A stretch of 64,000 nt of DNA from Albugo candida (taxonomy: Eukaryota): assembly GCA_040437565.1 (NCBI GenBank), contig JBDOQK010000013.1, forward strand, positions 310,001 through 374,000, in the 5' to 3' direction. Shown here piece by piece: positions 24,226 to 37,967 of the stretch (positions within the stretch are counted from its first letter, which is position 1; every line of letters begins with the position of its first letter). Both the position numbers and the translations under genes were made by a program. Below the pieces are notes generated by a model. That model searched no databases. It saw only the letters and a list, made by a program, of their open reading frames with translations, and was not told where the DNA came from.

Positions 24226-27163
24226 ATGAAAAATGCGATTTCTTGCCTCAGTTTTGCCCTAGCGGTTTGCAAAGACTCTCGAGTGTTTGCTCAAGAAATG
24301 AATGCAACCGGTGATGCTGGCTTACCCCCCATGTCATTGATAAAGTCAACGGATGCGATGCAAAGTCTTGTACCACCCAAATTTGTCGATCCCAATATTC
24401 GCCAAAAACGAGCCATTCCGACAAATGCGTGGTGGGCAAATCTTATTGCTTACGATAAATCCAACGTCGTCCAGCCCGCCTGGTCCAATCCGTTCTCGAT
24501 CTCAATTATAATCGATCGAGCACCATTCGGAATCGCGTTGAATTATCCTTACGCTCGTCGATTCACTGGTGGATCATCGGGAAACAACGGTGCTGTCAAG
24601 TTTTACTCCCACGGGCTTGTCAAAGATGCGATTTTCGGTGCTATAGAGTTTTCTGGGCAACCAAAGTTCCTAGTGACTGACTGGTCCGACCTTGGATGTA
24701 CACTGGAACTATCAACCTCTTCTGATTGCAAAATTGTGTCTGATATTCTATCGGGAATGGCATATGGAACGTACAGATACACAAATTTGACTCCAAAACT
24801 GACCATGAGTACAGCGATAATCTCGTTAAATGGAGAAGGACCTGGAACAGTAACTACGTCCAGACTGGAAATTTCCTTGAACAATGGACAAAAATGGATC
24901 GTATATTCTCTATCCAGCGAAGGAACTGTGGAAGAGCCAATAACTTGGACTTGTGAAGATGGAACGAACGTACGAGCATCTTCCGTATTCAATGGAATCA
25001 TCCGTGCATCTCTACTTGTTGGTGAAAATGGTAATCCTGAGGTCTCTGCAGCTCTAGATCGGTATCGAACTTGTATTCCAATAAGCGGCACAGTCGATAT
25101 TCCAGATGATACGTCCTACAGTCTCGAATATAAAACAATGGGTGATTGTGGCGGAGGCTTGCTACATTACGGCCAGCAGCATCATGTGGATTCCATTGAT
25201 ATGTCTTCTATAACAGCAGTTACCGGCATGACTAGCAATTCTGCCACTAGAGGTCCAATGCAGGCTTTGGCTACAAATTGTCGAGAAGATTCTTGTCAAT
25301 GGAAATTTTTTGAAACGCAGGAAACCGCAACAGATATCTTCCCACCACGAGGTGTCTCTACTTCTCTCACAAGCCAGCACCGTTTAATGGAGAAATTGCG
25401 CCAAGACATAGAAGCACAGTGGTCTGTGCCTTTAGGAGGCAGTTATTACTTTAACGGTAAACTTGTCCAAAAATACGCCTCATTGTGCATCGTCGCAAGT
25501 GACGAGAATGTGGTAGGATCCGACTCGGCTTTGCTTCAAACTTGTTTGGGAAAACTACGCGAAGTGATGCAGCCTTATCTGACAAATTCCTGGACCAATG
25601 AACTCGTCTATGATGTGATCTACGGTGGTATTGTGAGTTCAGAAGGATTCAAAAGGAAGGACGCTGGAGCCGATTTCGGTAATTCCATGTACAACGATCA
25701 TCATTTCCATTTTGGATACTGGCTGTACACGAGTGCCATCATCATCCAATTGGACCCAAAATGGGAAAGAATAGACGAGCTCAAGACGATGTCGAATTTG
25801 TTGGCGTATGATGTGGCAAATTGTGTTGCAAATGACGCTAATTATCCCCGTTTTCGTAATTTCGATTGGTTCCGAGGCCATTCGTATTCGCATGGTGCCA
25901 CGTCGTTAGGAGACGGAAAGGATCAAGAAAGTAGTTCCGAGGATATAAACTTCTCGTTTGGGCTTTACTTGTATGGGAAAGCTAGCGCAAACCCTCTTTT
26001 CGAACGAATCGGACGCGTGATGACCCGACTCAATACTCGAGCCGTTAAAATGTATTTCTTGATGCAAGACGGAAATACGATTCATCCTTCCAATTTCATC
26101 GCAAACAAAGTAACCGGTATTATTTTCGACAATAAGGCGGATTATGCGACTTGGTTCAGCCCGGAAAAGTACTCGATTCATGGAATTCAAATGCTGCCAG
26201 TCAGCCCGCAGACTGAACTTGTACGAACAAAACCATTCGTACAGCAGGAATGGGAGCAAGTGTTATCTCGAGAACCGATTGTACGCAACGAAAACATCGA
26301 CAACNNNNNNNNNNNNNNNNNNNNNNNNNNNNNNNNNNNNNNNNNNNNNNNNNNNNNNNNNNNNNNNNNNNNNNNNNNNNNNNNNNNNNNNNNNNNNNNN
26401 NNNNTCCATGTACAACGATCATCATTTCCATTTTGGATACTGGCTGTACACGAGTGCCATCATCATCCAATTGGACCCAAAATGGGAAAGAATAGACGAG
26501 CTCAAGACGATGTCGAATTTGTTGGCGTATGATGTGGCAAATTGTGTTGCAAATGACGCTAATTATCCCCGTTTTCGTAATTTCGATTGGTTCCGAGGCC
26601 ATTCGTATTCGCATGGTGCCACGTCGTTAGGAGACGGAAAGGATCAAGAAAGTAGTTCCGAGGATATAAACTTCTCGTTTGGGCTTTACTTGTATGGGAA
26701 AGCTAGCGCAAACCCTCTTTTCGAACGAATCGGACGCGTGATGACCCGACTCAATACTCGAGCCGTTAAAATGTATTTCTTGATGCAAGACGGAAATACG
26801 ATTCATCCTTCCAATTTCATCGCAAACAAAGTAACCGGTATTATTTTCGACAATAAGGCGGATTATGCGACTTGGTTCAGCCCGGAAAAGTACTCGATTC
26901 ATGGAATTCAAATGCTGCCAGTCAGCCCGCAGACTGAACTTGTACGAACAAAACCATTCGTACAGCAGGAATGGGAGCAAGTGTTATCTCGAGAACCGAT
27001 TGTACGCAACGAAAACATCGACAACACTTGGTTGTCGTTGCTCTACTTGAACTACGCTCAATTGGATCCTAACCGTGCCATGGAAGTTCTGGAACGTGCA
27101 GCTATGGACGATGGATTAACCCGTACTTGGGCTCTTTATATGTCGGCATCATATGCTGTGTAG
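24226..27163 (+). CDS. Secreted GH81 endo-1,3-beta-glucanase (paralog 2); one ORF once the gap duplication is collapsed
   Basis: Signal peptide MKNAISCLSFALAVC, AIPTNAWW, YNDHHFHFGY, GKDQESSSED, and terminal DDGLTRTWALY. Confidence 0.95.
25684..27025. repeat. Exact 621-bp duplication flanking a gap (25684-26304 = 26405-27025)
   Basis: The sequence is identical on both sides of the 100-N gap. Confidence 0.92.
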
Positions 27164-27425
27164 ATAGAAACGTTCATGAGGCTGAGATGTTAAATGTTTT
27201 GCCGTTTTCTACCGTCGATAAAAATCAAAATAGCGCTATTTTGTGATCAGACTCTTACATTGCTTTTTGGCTTTTTTTCGATATAATTTGCCAGTGTGAT
27301 TGCATCTCCTAATTGGTTTAATACTGTACGCTAAGTCCAAAGTTCGCTTTTTCTTTCTCTTTGTGGTTCATTGATTCTTAACCAACCTCAAGATCGCGCA
27401 AATCCTTCATTTTTGATTTAGCAAC

Positions 27426-29406
27426 ATGATGATGGTACCTCGCATCAAACTGATAGCTCGTCACATTCGAGTGCTAATTTCAATGCTTTATCGTGTGCTG
27501 TCTCTCTAGCAACCGCAAATCATCCTGCTCAAAGAAGGCACAGATACCAGCCAGGGCAAAGCACAACTTATCAGTAATATCAACGCATGCCAAGCCATCA
27601 TGGAATCCGTACGAACCACGCTGGGGCCTTTGGGAATGGATAAGCTCATCCACGCAAATAATAAGGTACAATTGCTTTATTGTAAGGGTGAGGAGGGGGA
27701 GTGATGTAGTCCACTCGTGTCTCTGTAGACGACGATATCGAATGATGGAGCGACGATAATGACTCTTTTGGATGTTGTCCATCCGGCGGCCAAGACACTT
27801 GTCGATATTTCTTTGTCTCAAGACGCCGAAGTTGGAGACGGAACTACTTCTGTCGTGCTTCTCGGCGCTGAGTTTTTGAAACAGAGCAAGTCATTTATTG
27901 AAGATAATATGCATCCACAAACGATCATCAAGGTTCTAATGATTTAGCCAGTGCGCATTTGTGCAACATTCTGACGTTTTGAATGTTCGGACAGAGTTAT
28001 CGTAAAGCCTGTCAGCTCGCTGTGCAAAGGATAAAAGATATTGCAGTCCGAATTGATGAAACGGACGAAGAAAGTAAACGACAAATGTTGGAACGTGTTG
28101 CTGGAACAGCTCTCAATTCAAAGCTTATCGCTCGTCACAAACCTTTTTTCACGCCGATGGTACGAGGTCTCGTTTTCACGTTACCAAAATTCATACTGGA
28201 ATGATGCTTGACTAGATTGTGGATGCCGTCCTCAGTTTGGATAAGGATTTGGACATTAGTATGGTTGGCATTAAGAAAGTGTCGGGTGGCTCTGTAACAG
28301 AATCTTTTCTCGTCCAAGGTGTTGCTTTCAAGAAAACTTTTTCATATGCGGGTTTTGAGCAGCAACCGAAAACATTTGTGGATCCCAAGATTCTTCTTCT
28401 GAATGTTGAGTTGGAATTGAAGTCGGAAAAGGAGAATGCTGAGATACGTATCGACGATCCTGAAAAGTATCAGTCGATTGTTGATGCTGAATGGAACATC
28501 ATATACGAAAAGCTGGATCTTTGCGTCAAATCTGGAGCACAAATCATCTTATCAAAGCTACCGATCGGTGATCTTGCTACACAATATTTCGCAGACAGAG
28601 GACTCTTTTGTGCCGGTCGAGTGGCACAAGACGACATGGAGCGCACCTTACGAGCTACAGGAGGGGTTCTTCAAACGTCTGTGAATGATATGACTTGCTC
28701 TATTCTGGGTTCTTGTGGCCGCTTCGAAGAGCGTCAAGTAGGTGGTGAACGCTACAATATCTTTATGGAGTGTCCTGAAGCCAAAAGTGCCACAATTGTC
28801 CTTCGCGGAGGAGCGGATCAATTCATCGAAGAAGCACACCGTTCCGTCCATGACGCATTGATGGTTGTAAAGCGAGCTGTAACTTCATTCACGATCGTAC
28901 CCGGCGGAGGCGCCATTGAGATGGAGATATCTCGTCATCTACACAAGCATGCGCGCACAATCGAGGGGAAAATGCAGCTGTTGATCAATGCGTACGCGAA
29001 AGCATTTGAAATCATTCCACGTCAGATTTCAGACAACGCCGGACACGATTCCACGGGTATACTGAATCAGTTGCGTCAGATGCATTCCAAAGACTCGGAT
29101 GAAGGTAAATGGTACGGAGTGGATATCAATTCCGGTGGAGTTTGTGACACTTACAAATCGCACGTGTGGGAGCCTGCAGCCAACAAAATCAATTCTATCG
29201 CAGCAGCAACTGAAGCGGCTTGTCTTATCTTATCCGTCGACGAGACCGTGCGAAATCCAAAGTCGGAGCAGCCTGAAGCGACTGGCGGAGGCCAACCAAT
29301 GAGTGCAGCAATGGGAGGACGAGGAATGGCTGGAATGGGCATGGCTCCAGGAGGTAGAGGTCTCGGACGTGGTGTTCGTGCCTTCCGCGGGAAAGGAGGT
29401 GCTTAG
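27426..29406 (+). CDS. CCT7: T-complex protein 1 subunit eta, multi-exon
   Basis: [86 protein letters not shown]. Confidence 0.97.
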
Positions 29407-29474
29407 CTTTAATCAATGGAAGAAAGCTTCTCGTGTTCTTACTGCATGCGCATTCATTTTCAACCAATCACATA

Positions 29475-31534
29475 ATGACACCATTTTCAACCAATCTGAG
29501 AAGATTTAGTTCTATGATGATTCCTGCGTCATCGCGTTCTCGAATCATTGGATTATTGCGCTCTACTAAGCAATGTAAATCGCTGTGTAAGCACACACAC
29601 ACCGATACAGTTTTATTGAGAGCCTCCTTCTGCAGTCAACATACTGTCAGTCCAGAAGATGACGCTATTCTCGAATCGACAGAGATTTTAAAGCGAATTG
29701 AAAAACATGTTCCCCCTATCAAAGTGGGCAAACATGGCATTGAGATCGTAAGTGACGTCATACTGCAGTGCTTTCCTCACGGTGACTCGTTTGTTTCAAT
29801 AAGGTGCACGATCCGCTGTACAATAAAGGCACTGGCTTCAAATTAGTCGAAAGAGATCGTCTCGGTACGAAAGCTGTTATCGTCACCTCATGACACCGTC
29901 GCTGAGCCCGTTTTTGGTAAAAAGGATTACGCGGTCTGGTTCCACCTCGACTTCTATGCATGAATACCCAATTGAAAAAAGTTTATGAGCTATTGCATGC
30001 GGAATCGGACCCACTAAGAAAATCGCTGTTTCTGTCGGATCTTCAAAATCGCAATGAAACACTTTTTTTCCGCTTACTGATTGATCATATCGAAGAATTC
30101 GGTACGAGCACTCGATTGACTGCATTTCTGCCTATTGACTCTTATTTTTCTATAACAGCGCCGCTGGTGTACACGCCGACAGTGGGGCAAGTGTGTCAAA
30201 AATTCGGAAGTATGTTCCGTCGTACTCGTGGAATGTATTTTAGCAGTGAGGATCGTGGACAATTCGGTGCGATGCTGCATAATTGGCCGTGTGAAGACGT
30301 TCAGGTCATTGTCGTCACTGATGGGAGTCGCATTCTCGGTCTAGGAGATCTTGGTGTGAATGGTATGGGTATACCGATTGGGAAGCTAGCGCTCTACACA
30401 GCTGCTGGTGGCATAGATCCACGAAAAGTACTTCCGGTCATGCTGGACACTGGAACCAACAATGAAACGTTATTGAAGGACCCGTATTACTTTGGAATGC
30501 AGCATAAGCGAATTACAGGGGAGGATTATTGGTCCTTTTTGGATGAGTTTATGACAGCAGTTCGGTATCGGTGGCCTCAGGCTTTGGTCCAATTTGAAGA
30601 TTTCTCTAGTGATCACGCGGCGAGTGTGCTGAATGCTTATCGCCTAAAGCAGTTGTGTTTCAATGATGATATACAAGGGACAGGCGCTACAGTCTTAGCA
30701 GGAGCATTAAGTGCCTGTGCTCGTGTCGATATACCTCTTAAAGATCAGCGTATAGTCATTCTAGGGGCTGGAAGTGCGGGTCTAGGAGTCGCCACGACAC
30801 TTTTACAAGGAATGTTGCGGGAAGGTTTGGATGCCGATGCTGCAAGAAAGCGCTTCCACATCGTTGACAAAGGTGGATTGATCGGAGGCAGTCGAAATAC
30901 GCTCGCATCTGGTCAAAAGTACTTTGCAAGCGCAGACTTGCCGGATCGAATAAGCTTGCTCGAAGTCATCAAACATGTCAAACCAACAATGCTTTTGGGT
31001 CTAAGTGCTGCCAAAGGAGCGTTCACGGAAGATGTGATTCGCGAAATGGCTCAACACGTCCGACATCCGATCATCTTTCCATTGTCGAATCCAACGTCTG
31101 TGGCCGAGTGTACAGCGAAACAAGCGTATGAATGGACTGATGGTCGCTGTTTATTTGCAAGTGGAAGTCCATTCGATCCAATAGAGTACAATGGCAAGAC
31201 ATACGCAGTGAGCCAATGTAACAACATGTTTATCTTCCCGGGCGTTGGATTAGCTTCTGTCCTCAGTCAAGCATCTAGAGTCAGTGATCGCATGTTATAT
31301 TCAGCAGCCAGAGCTCTAGCGAATTGCATGACACCCGATGATATCCAACGAGGCCAAGTCTTCCCCTCCGTCAAGAATATTCGTCAGGTTTCGTTAAAAG
31401 TGGCTGTCGCTGTAATGCAATCGGCTATGGATGACGAGGTCGCACTGAATTCTCCAAAGATACGCCGTGGAGCTAGTTTGGAAGAATTCATCGCGTCCAA
31501 AATGTATACGCCGACGTATCCATCTCTCGTCTAA
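29475..31534 (+). CDS. NAD(P)-dependent malic enzyme, probably mitochondrial
   Basis: VYTPTVG, VTDGSRILGLGDLG, QFEDF, FNDDIQGTG, GAGSAG, FPLSNPT. The N-terminus is Arg/Ser-rich. Introns are at about 29747-29802, near 29870-29930 and 30102-30158. Confidence 0.96.
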
Positions 31535-31600
31535 GCGCTCATCACCTTCGGGCGACCTCTCCATCATGCGACTGAAAAGGACAGAGCGTTAAAGCTTTTG

Positions 31601-34205
31601 ATGAAAATAGCCACAATGTTGTTACCGCTTCTGAATGTGAATATAACGCAAGAAACCTTTGAATTGGAATCTTCAGCAATCGATTTCTTGCAGCAAACTG
31701 CCGATACGCTCCTTTTAGTCGCTGTAGTCGCTTCCGTCAAGGTCGTTTGAGCCTCGGGGCATGCCACTTTTTGTCTTTACGAAAACGTTTCGCTAGGAAC
31801 AACGTGAGGCTGTATCGCTTATCGACGACATTGCGGATGCATTTCAGCAAACAGAGACGCTACCGAATGATCGGAATGCCCACAAATTGAGCGAGTTTAC
31901 GAGGTACAGAAGATTTATGTGTACGTATTCCGGCTCAAATGATGTCTTTAGCTGCAATGGAATTTGGCTTTTCATGCAAGAAGCATCAGCAGATTCTCAC
32001 ATAAACCGTATCGGCTTCCTATATAGCGATATTGGAGTCCTCCCATCGGTCAGTGAGCGCTGATATTGACGGGTAGAAATGACACGATACTTAGGGAATC
32101 GAGGCTCGACTTTTCTTGATAATGTCAAGAGTGTGTCACTGCGTACTGGCACCATTTTTCGGAGATTGTATCGATCAATTGAAAGTCTTTGGAGACCGTT
32201 GTTTGCTGGCTGCTGAATTTCAGAAGGAAGGAAAATTCAACAGCAAAAGACTTGAGAGTCCCCAGCTACTCTGTCTCATGGAAGGCAGCGTGCAAAGCGC
32301 TGAGATGACGGACAGTGATACTATTCAAGCATTTCTCCATCGGAGCCAAAGCTTTCCAGAAAAAGCGCAAGATCCGACTTGGGAGCTTTTTTCCGACTTG
32401 AACATTTACGCCATCTCCGATCTTTATGGCATTAAGAAGCGTAGTAAAGTGTTGGCAGCGTTGACGGAATCCCAAAAGCGCCCGATTTTCGGTGATATTC
32501 GAATGGATGGCCCATTATGCTGCATACTTCTGGAACACTTGGTCGCACAACATGAGGAACAAGCTCAAGAGGAATGGAAGTCTCTACTGGAACAATGCTA
32601 CACTCAGGTCGTATGTTTGGCTGTGAGACGATATGAAGGCCTCATGTCGGCCTCAATGATATTTTCCGAGACATTGAGCTCTCAATCTCTTTCTAATTCA
32701 TATGAAGCACATACGTTGCGTCAAATGCATACAAATGCCATGCGACTCGGAAAAGCCGACATACAATGCAAAATCTCACGCGATAGTGTTCACTATGCGA
32801 CCTGCTCGGTATAGTGCTCCCAATCCTTTCGGGGCTTGTTTTCTCATTCATTTGAATTGCTGATGTCACAGAAACGCTTCAAAGACTCCGTAGTATTGAT
32901 TTTCAGATCTCTCTGCATAGAGAATACGAAGAGATCAGCATCGTCTTGCATATTCCTTATATCGCAGCTATACGGCGATATCGAGGCAGAAACTGGCCGG
33001 GCATTACAAAAATTGCAAAATTCTGTCGATCGCATTCCCTCTTCAAAGCTTCGATCGTTCGAGCACGGGGTACATCGACTTGCATTCTCCCTCGTATATC
33101 AATTGACGCGATTTGTGCAGCGATTTTGGCATCGCTACAAGCTTCATTTGCACAGAGTCCTCGATGCGTATGAATGTGGTGCGCAAGGTCCAATGAAGGT
33201 CTGTCGATCAGAGGCTGTGTCACAAGCTCATTCTCCATCCACAGACTAAAGTACTGGCAATCTTCCTCCACACCCATCTTTATCGTCATTTGCTCAAGGT
33301 GAATGAGGAACTGGACAATATATCGCTTCGTGATCGAATGGAAATGGAAGAGAAGAAAAATTCGTTGACGTATCAGTTGGATCAAGAACGTAGCAACCAG
33401 ATGAGACTCGAAGCGGTACAATGACCATAATATCTTTGTATGAACCATAAAGACCTTTTTCCAGCAATACACGCAAGTTCGGGACGAAATGGACGCATCT
33501 CTGGCAAAGAAAACAGCACATTTCCATGTACGTTATATAGCTATGGACAAAAAAATGGTGCTGAAAATGCTTCAGGTACAAAAAGCAGCACTAAAGTCGA
33601 GTCTCGACAATGTGGAGTGTAAATTTGGAATTGCCAGTAATCAACGTGTGCTTTTGGAAGAAGCGGCTTTCCAAGCTGTGAGATAGAAAGCCCACATAGT
33701 TGAGGTCTTCACGTTCGACACTCTGATAGATTCAGCTTCCAGCGAAAAAAGCGCTTGAGGTCGCCAAGAACCAATGTCGGAAGGAAGGCTATCTGATCAA
33801 ACAAGGAAGAGGCCGAGATCTGAGGAATCCATTGCGCAGTAAAGCCTGGAAACAACGATATTTCTGCCTTTGTAACAACACATTATCGTATGCGAAAACT
33901 CGCGATGACTATGAGCGTGGTCGTCTTCTTGGAACACTTTGTATCAGCGGGTAAGCAGTTTTCCCATCGATCAATTTATTTCTCAATTTTTTGATAGATG
34001 TCATATCGAAGAGGCTATCGACATATCCGATGGATTTCTGATTCTTCGGCCGTCCGGTGTTGCGCCTTTGCCTTACCGCGTCGATACCAAGCCAATGACT
34101 CTAAAAATGCAACGCAATTATAACATGCGTGCACGTTCTATCGACGAACGAGATGTTTGGGTACGTAAGCTCCGACAGGCTGCGACGTGGTCGGAACACA
34201 ATTGA
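31601..34205 (+). CDS. Multi-exon protein: degenerate guanylate-binding-protein (GBP)-like region, coiled coil and C-terminal PH domain
   Basis: The PH domain reads KEGYLIKQG..AWKQRYFCL..LSY..ERDVWVRKLRQA (33781-34205). GBP-like segments are RPIFGDIRMDGPLCCILLEHLV, ENTKRSASSCIFLISQLY and AYECGAQGPMK. The start codon is tentative. Confidence 0.65.
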
Positions 34206-34332
34206 AGAGATTCTCGCGATCGAGTGCTTTGATGTGATGAAATGTGTTTGAAATAAAATTTGAATCTTACATCACTGAGAGGAGTTTGCTAAGTAAACGA
34301 GATCAAGGACCGACTAGCTTTACTCCGATTAG

Positions 34333-35961
34333 CTATTCATCTTCGTCGGACTGAATAAACTTGGAATACGATGTATTTTGGCATTCTCCATTTGTATCGA
34401 AAACCGCTTTGTAAAACGATCCATCAGCTCCAACCACTGCGTTGATAAACGTTGTGAGATACAGGCTATACAGCAGACGCTTTTGACATACCTATGATCG
34501 TGTTTTTCTCCGTTCCAAACGTACATATAGTTCGCGTTTCAGGAACACGAAACTGAGCAAAACTCCATTCTGAGCTAAAGTACTTTGGCAGGAAACCACG
34601 CATAAACGAAAAGCTATACAAACAAGTCAAGCAGCGACATGGACGATATGAAGAGCGCGGTAGACCTGGATTTTGAATTTTCTGTGCCTTCTTCTTCACT
34701 AATTCGCGCAATGCTGTTCGAGTACCGTTGTCCGCCCGATAAGCTTGGAGAGCTGGGAGAGCTCGTATCGCCTGAAAGGATTGAGGTTCCGGCTGTGGCT
34801 TCACTAAGAGCGAAGATATGAACTGTTCCCTTGTCACTGGAGCACGCGAGCATTTGACAATTTGGACTGAAGCAAATGCTGTAGATTTCTGCTCGATCTG
34901 CGCCACGTCTACACATCAAGGAAGCTCATGAAATGCTTCGAGTATTCGAGTCAATATTGTACCTAAGTTCCTGCAGTATTTGTCCATTTTGTGTATCGAA
35001 TACCCGAATTAAGGTTCCTTTATCCGAAGCCGTTGCAAGACGTGTTCCATCCGAATTGAGGCAAATCTAATGACTCTTATAGTTCGCCTGTATGAAATTC
35101 AGCCACACTATTTACCTGAGATAAATCGGCTTCATGAGCGGTGATCAGAGTCGTCTTTCTGGCATCATACAATTCAATCCGAACCGTGCCACGACTCACA
35201 CCGGGACATGCCAGGACCGTGTTTGATGGACTCGGGCACAACGAGCAGAGACCTCTGGGATTAACAATCGTCTCGATATGATCCACCAGCTTCAGATCGG
35301 CTGTAATAAATGTCAGATAGCACGAGTGGGGAAAGGTTATGACTCGTACCGAAATTGTAAACGTAAATTTTGTTCTGCAAAACCACAACGATACTAAGTA
35401 CCAAAGGTTCTTAGTCGAATAACAATATTTTTCTATTGCAATATACCGATCGCGTCGTAATTTAACTGCTTTTACTTCACTTCGAAAACTTAATTCTCCA
35501 ATATTGCAATTCTGATGATCATCCCATATCATAACCTGAAATTCGACGTATTGAGTTTTTCCAATTCCGTGTTTTTTAAACGGGAGAATTTAACCTTGTT
35601 TGGTGGAAATCTTGGATTTCGACCGCCCCCTACGATTGTTAAGATGTTACATCGAAAAAGCATTTCCACAATCCCAATTCCGCCATTGGTGAATTCTAAG
35701 GCACCATAAGACGTTAAAGTGAACAAAATTTTAGTGCACGAAACGCAGTAAAACCTCGATGGAATGTCTCCTTGAACGGATCGCAATTATATATTTTGAA
35801 GCCAGTATCGGTTCCGCACGCAAAGCATCCTTTCAAGAACACACATTATAATACAGGTCGTAACGCAATTTGCAGCGTATAATGTTGATACCACTATCTT
35901 GATTGAATCCAACAAATAACAGCTCATTTTGCTGTTCGCGACTCAAATTCATCGATGACAT
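34333..35961 (-). CDS. ATG18: Autophagy protein ATG18 / WIPI3-4 type PROPPIN, multi-exon
   Basis: [56 protein letters not shown] (LRRG), [25 protein letters not shown]. Confidence 0.95.
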
Positions 35962-36093
35962 GACCTCCTTTTCCAGACGTTCGAAATTAGCAAAGAACAA
36001 TCGTATTTACACATATAAACGTAGTAATACTTTTTATTCCGTTCTGATTACTAACATTCAAATTCAATAATAAGTTGACCTTAATACTGACCT

Positions 36094-37967
36094 CTACATT
36101 CCACGGCAGCGATCTATACACTCATTCTGTTCCTGCAGCGCCATTGTAGCGCCTAGCGCTGCCGTCTGTGCGGTACAGTCATCATCCATAGAAAACGCAC
36201 GACTTCTGCATTGTTTCGTAGCGCACAATGTCGTCGAATCAGAATTCTCTATAACCGTTGCTGGCTTACATGCACCAAATTGTCCTTGACAATATAAGAC
36301 AAATGTCAAAAGTAATGTTAGCCAAGCCAAAACAAACAGTACGATCATATCCGCATGATAGCTCCCTGTGACATCTCTAACATAACCAATAACCAGATTG
36401 CCTAACGCTGCCCCGATTGCATCTGTGATCTCAACAATACCGAAAGCCACACCAAGACGGCACGTAGAAACGGTAATTGGGATAGCCGCCATTAAGATCG
36501 TAGGCGTGAACGATAGGCAGATCGACATGATTACCATTGATACAATAGGCGAAATATCTGTAAACAGCAGTAAGCCATACGATAAAATGGCCAGCGCACA
36601 TGCCAAAAAAATCCACGCAATACGTTGTCCATCCTGATCGATGAGGTATCCGATTAACGGTGCAAACATCACCATAGAATGAGATAAACTGCTTATGAAA
36701 CCTGACTTGACGATCGAGTAGTGATACCGCTGATATAAAAATGAGCTTGAGACATTTTGGAATAGATGGAAGACATTGATGAACAGAACATGAAGAATCA
36801 CGAGTGTCCAGAAAACAGATGGTAAGGATGGAAATCGACCAAATTTGAGTTCAGGATTGATGATATAGGGGACGCGTTGAGAACGCCCGTGGCGATACCC
36901 GCGACCACGGCATCCAAATCGATGGGCAGATCCTCTCGTATACGCTCGTAAACGAGTTTCTGTGCCGTATGGGAGGTCAGGCTCCTGTTCACCACGCAAA
37001 TTTTGCTCTTTATAACCTCCATCCTTTTCAGTAAAAGTTGAAGGAAGCGTGTCTCCTGTCCACTGCTGATACTTTTGACGTTCTTGTCGCACTAGATTTT
37101 GCACCCAAAGAGACTGAGAATCAAGCGGGAGATCTTTTTGTGCAAAGCACTTAATCATGTATCGAACTTGCTTTGTATATCCGTATACAATCATATCGAC
37201 AAATACTGATACTAGACATACCCCAAATCCATACCAGAGAGCCTGCACATAACCTTCGAAATATATGGCAATGGGAGCTACAGTCGCTTTCGAAAGCATC
37301 TTTGAGAGATTTGTGATGGCCACACCAACCCCCATCGCAAATGTCAACTCCTCCCCTCTGAACCACGATGCAATCAACACGCGAGTTCCGACGACAACGC
37401 TTCCCTCCCCAATTCCGAACAAAATTCGTCCAACAATTGCCATCCAAATTTTCTTGAACTGCATACCGAGAGCAAATATTACTTGTCCGATGCATGTCCA
37501 AAGAAGGAATAGACGAACTTTATCCGGGCCGTGTTTATCGAGAAAGCGCCCTCCGATGAAGGGTAAGAACATATTGGGAATTGATACTGCTGATATTAGT
37601 GCACCGTACATGGTCGAAGTCAAGGGATAAGACGAGTCATCCAGCATAAATTGTTCCAGGGAAGACATCCCATTCTATTCCAGACACAATATTAAATGTC
37701 ACGAGACTTTTGGAGGTATACCAAGCGTACCTTCACAAAGTGACCACCGAAAGGTATGAGACTGATTAGAACAAGCAGGAAAAATCGGTAGGATGGCGAA
37801 GTGATCCGCCAAAACTGCCACTTGGAAGCAGGTGGGAAGGAAGTAGAGGTAGGGGTCGACTCGGAATTTGGACAAATGTGTATGCATTCATACGAGTGAT
37901 GTGCTGGAGATGTGTACACGTTGTCTGGATTGCATTCGAATAGTGGTGTGCGTTCATGATCCTCCAT
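36094..37967 (-). CDS. MFS transporter, MFSD1-like (vacuolar/lysosomal)
   Basis: About 12 hydrophobic helices, GGRFLDKHG, GRILFGIGEGS, WFRGEELTFAMG. The N-terminal 'EDHERTPLF' is a sorting-like signal. The intron is at about 37675-37731. Confidence 0.88.

Noticed and set aside
26144..27163. Apparent third GH81 gene or duplicated catalytic domain
   Set aside because: It is explained by the exact 621-bp duplication across the gap.
29280..29406. GGM/RGG-like repeats at the CCT7 C-terminus, and Gly-Met repeats at about 47990-48045
   Set aside because: These are ordinary low-complexity tails of chaperonin and J-domain proteins, not DNA repeat elements.
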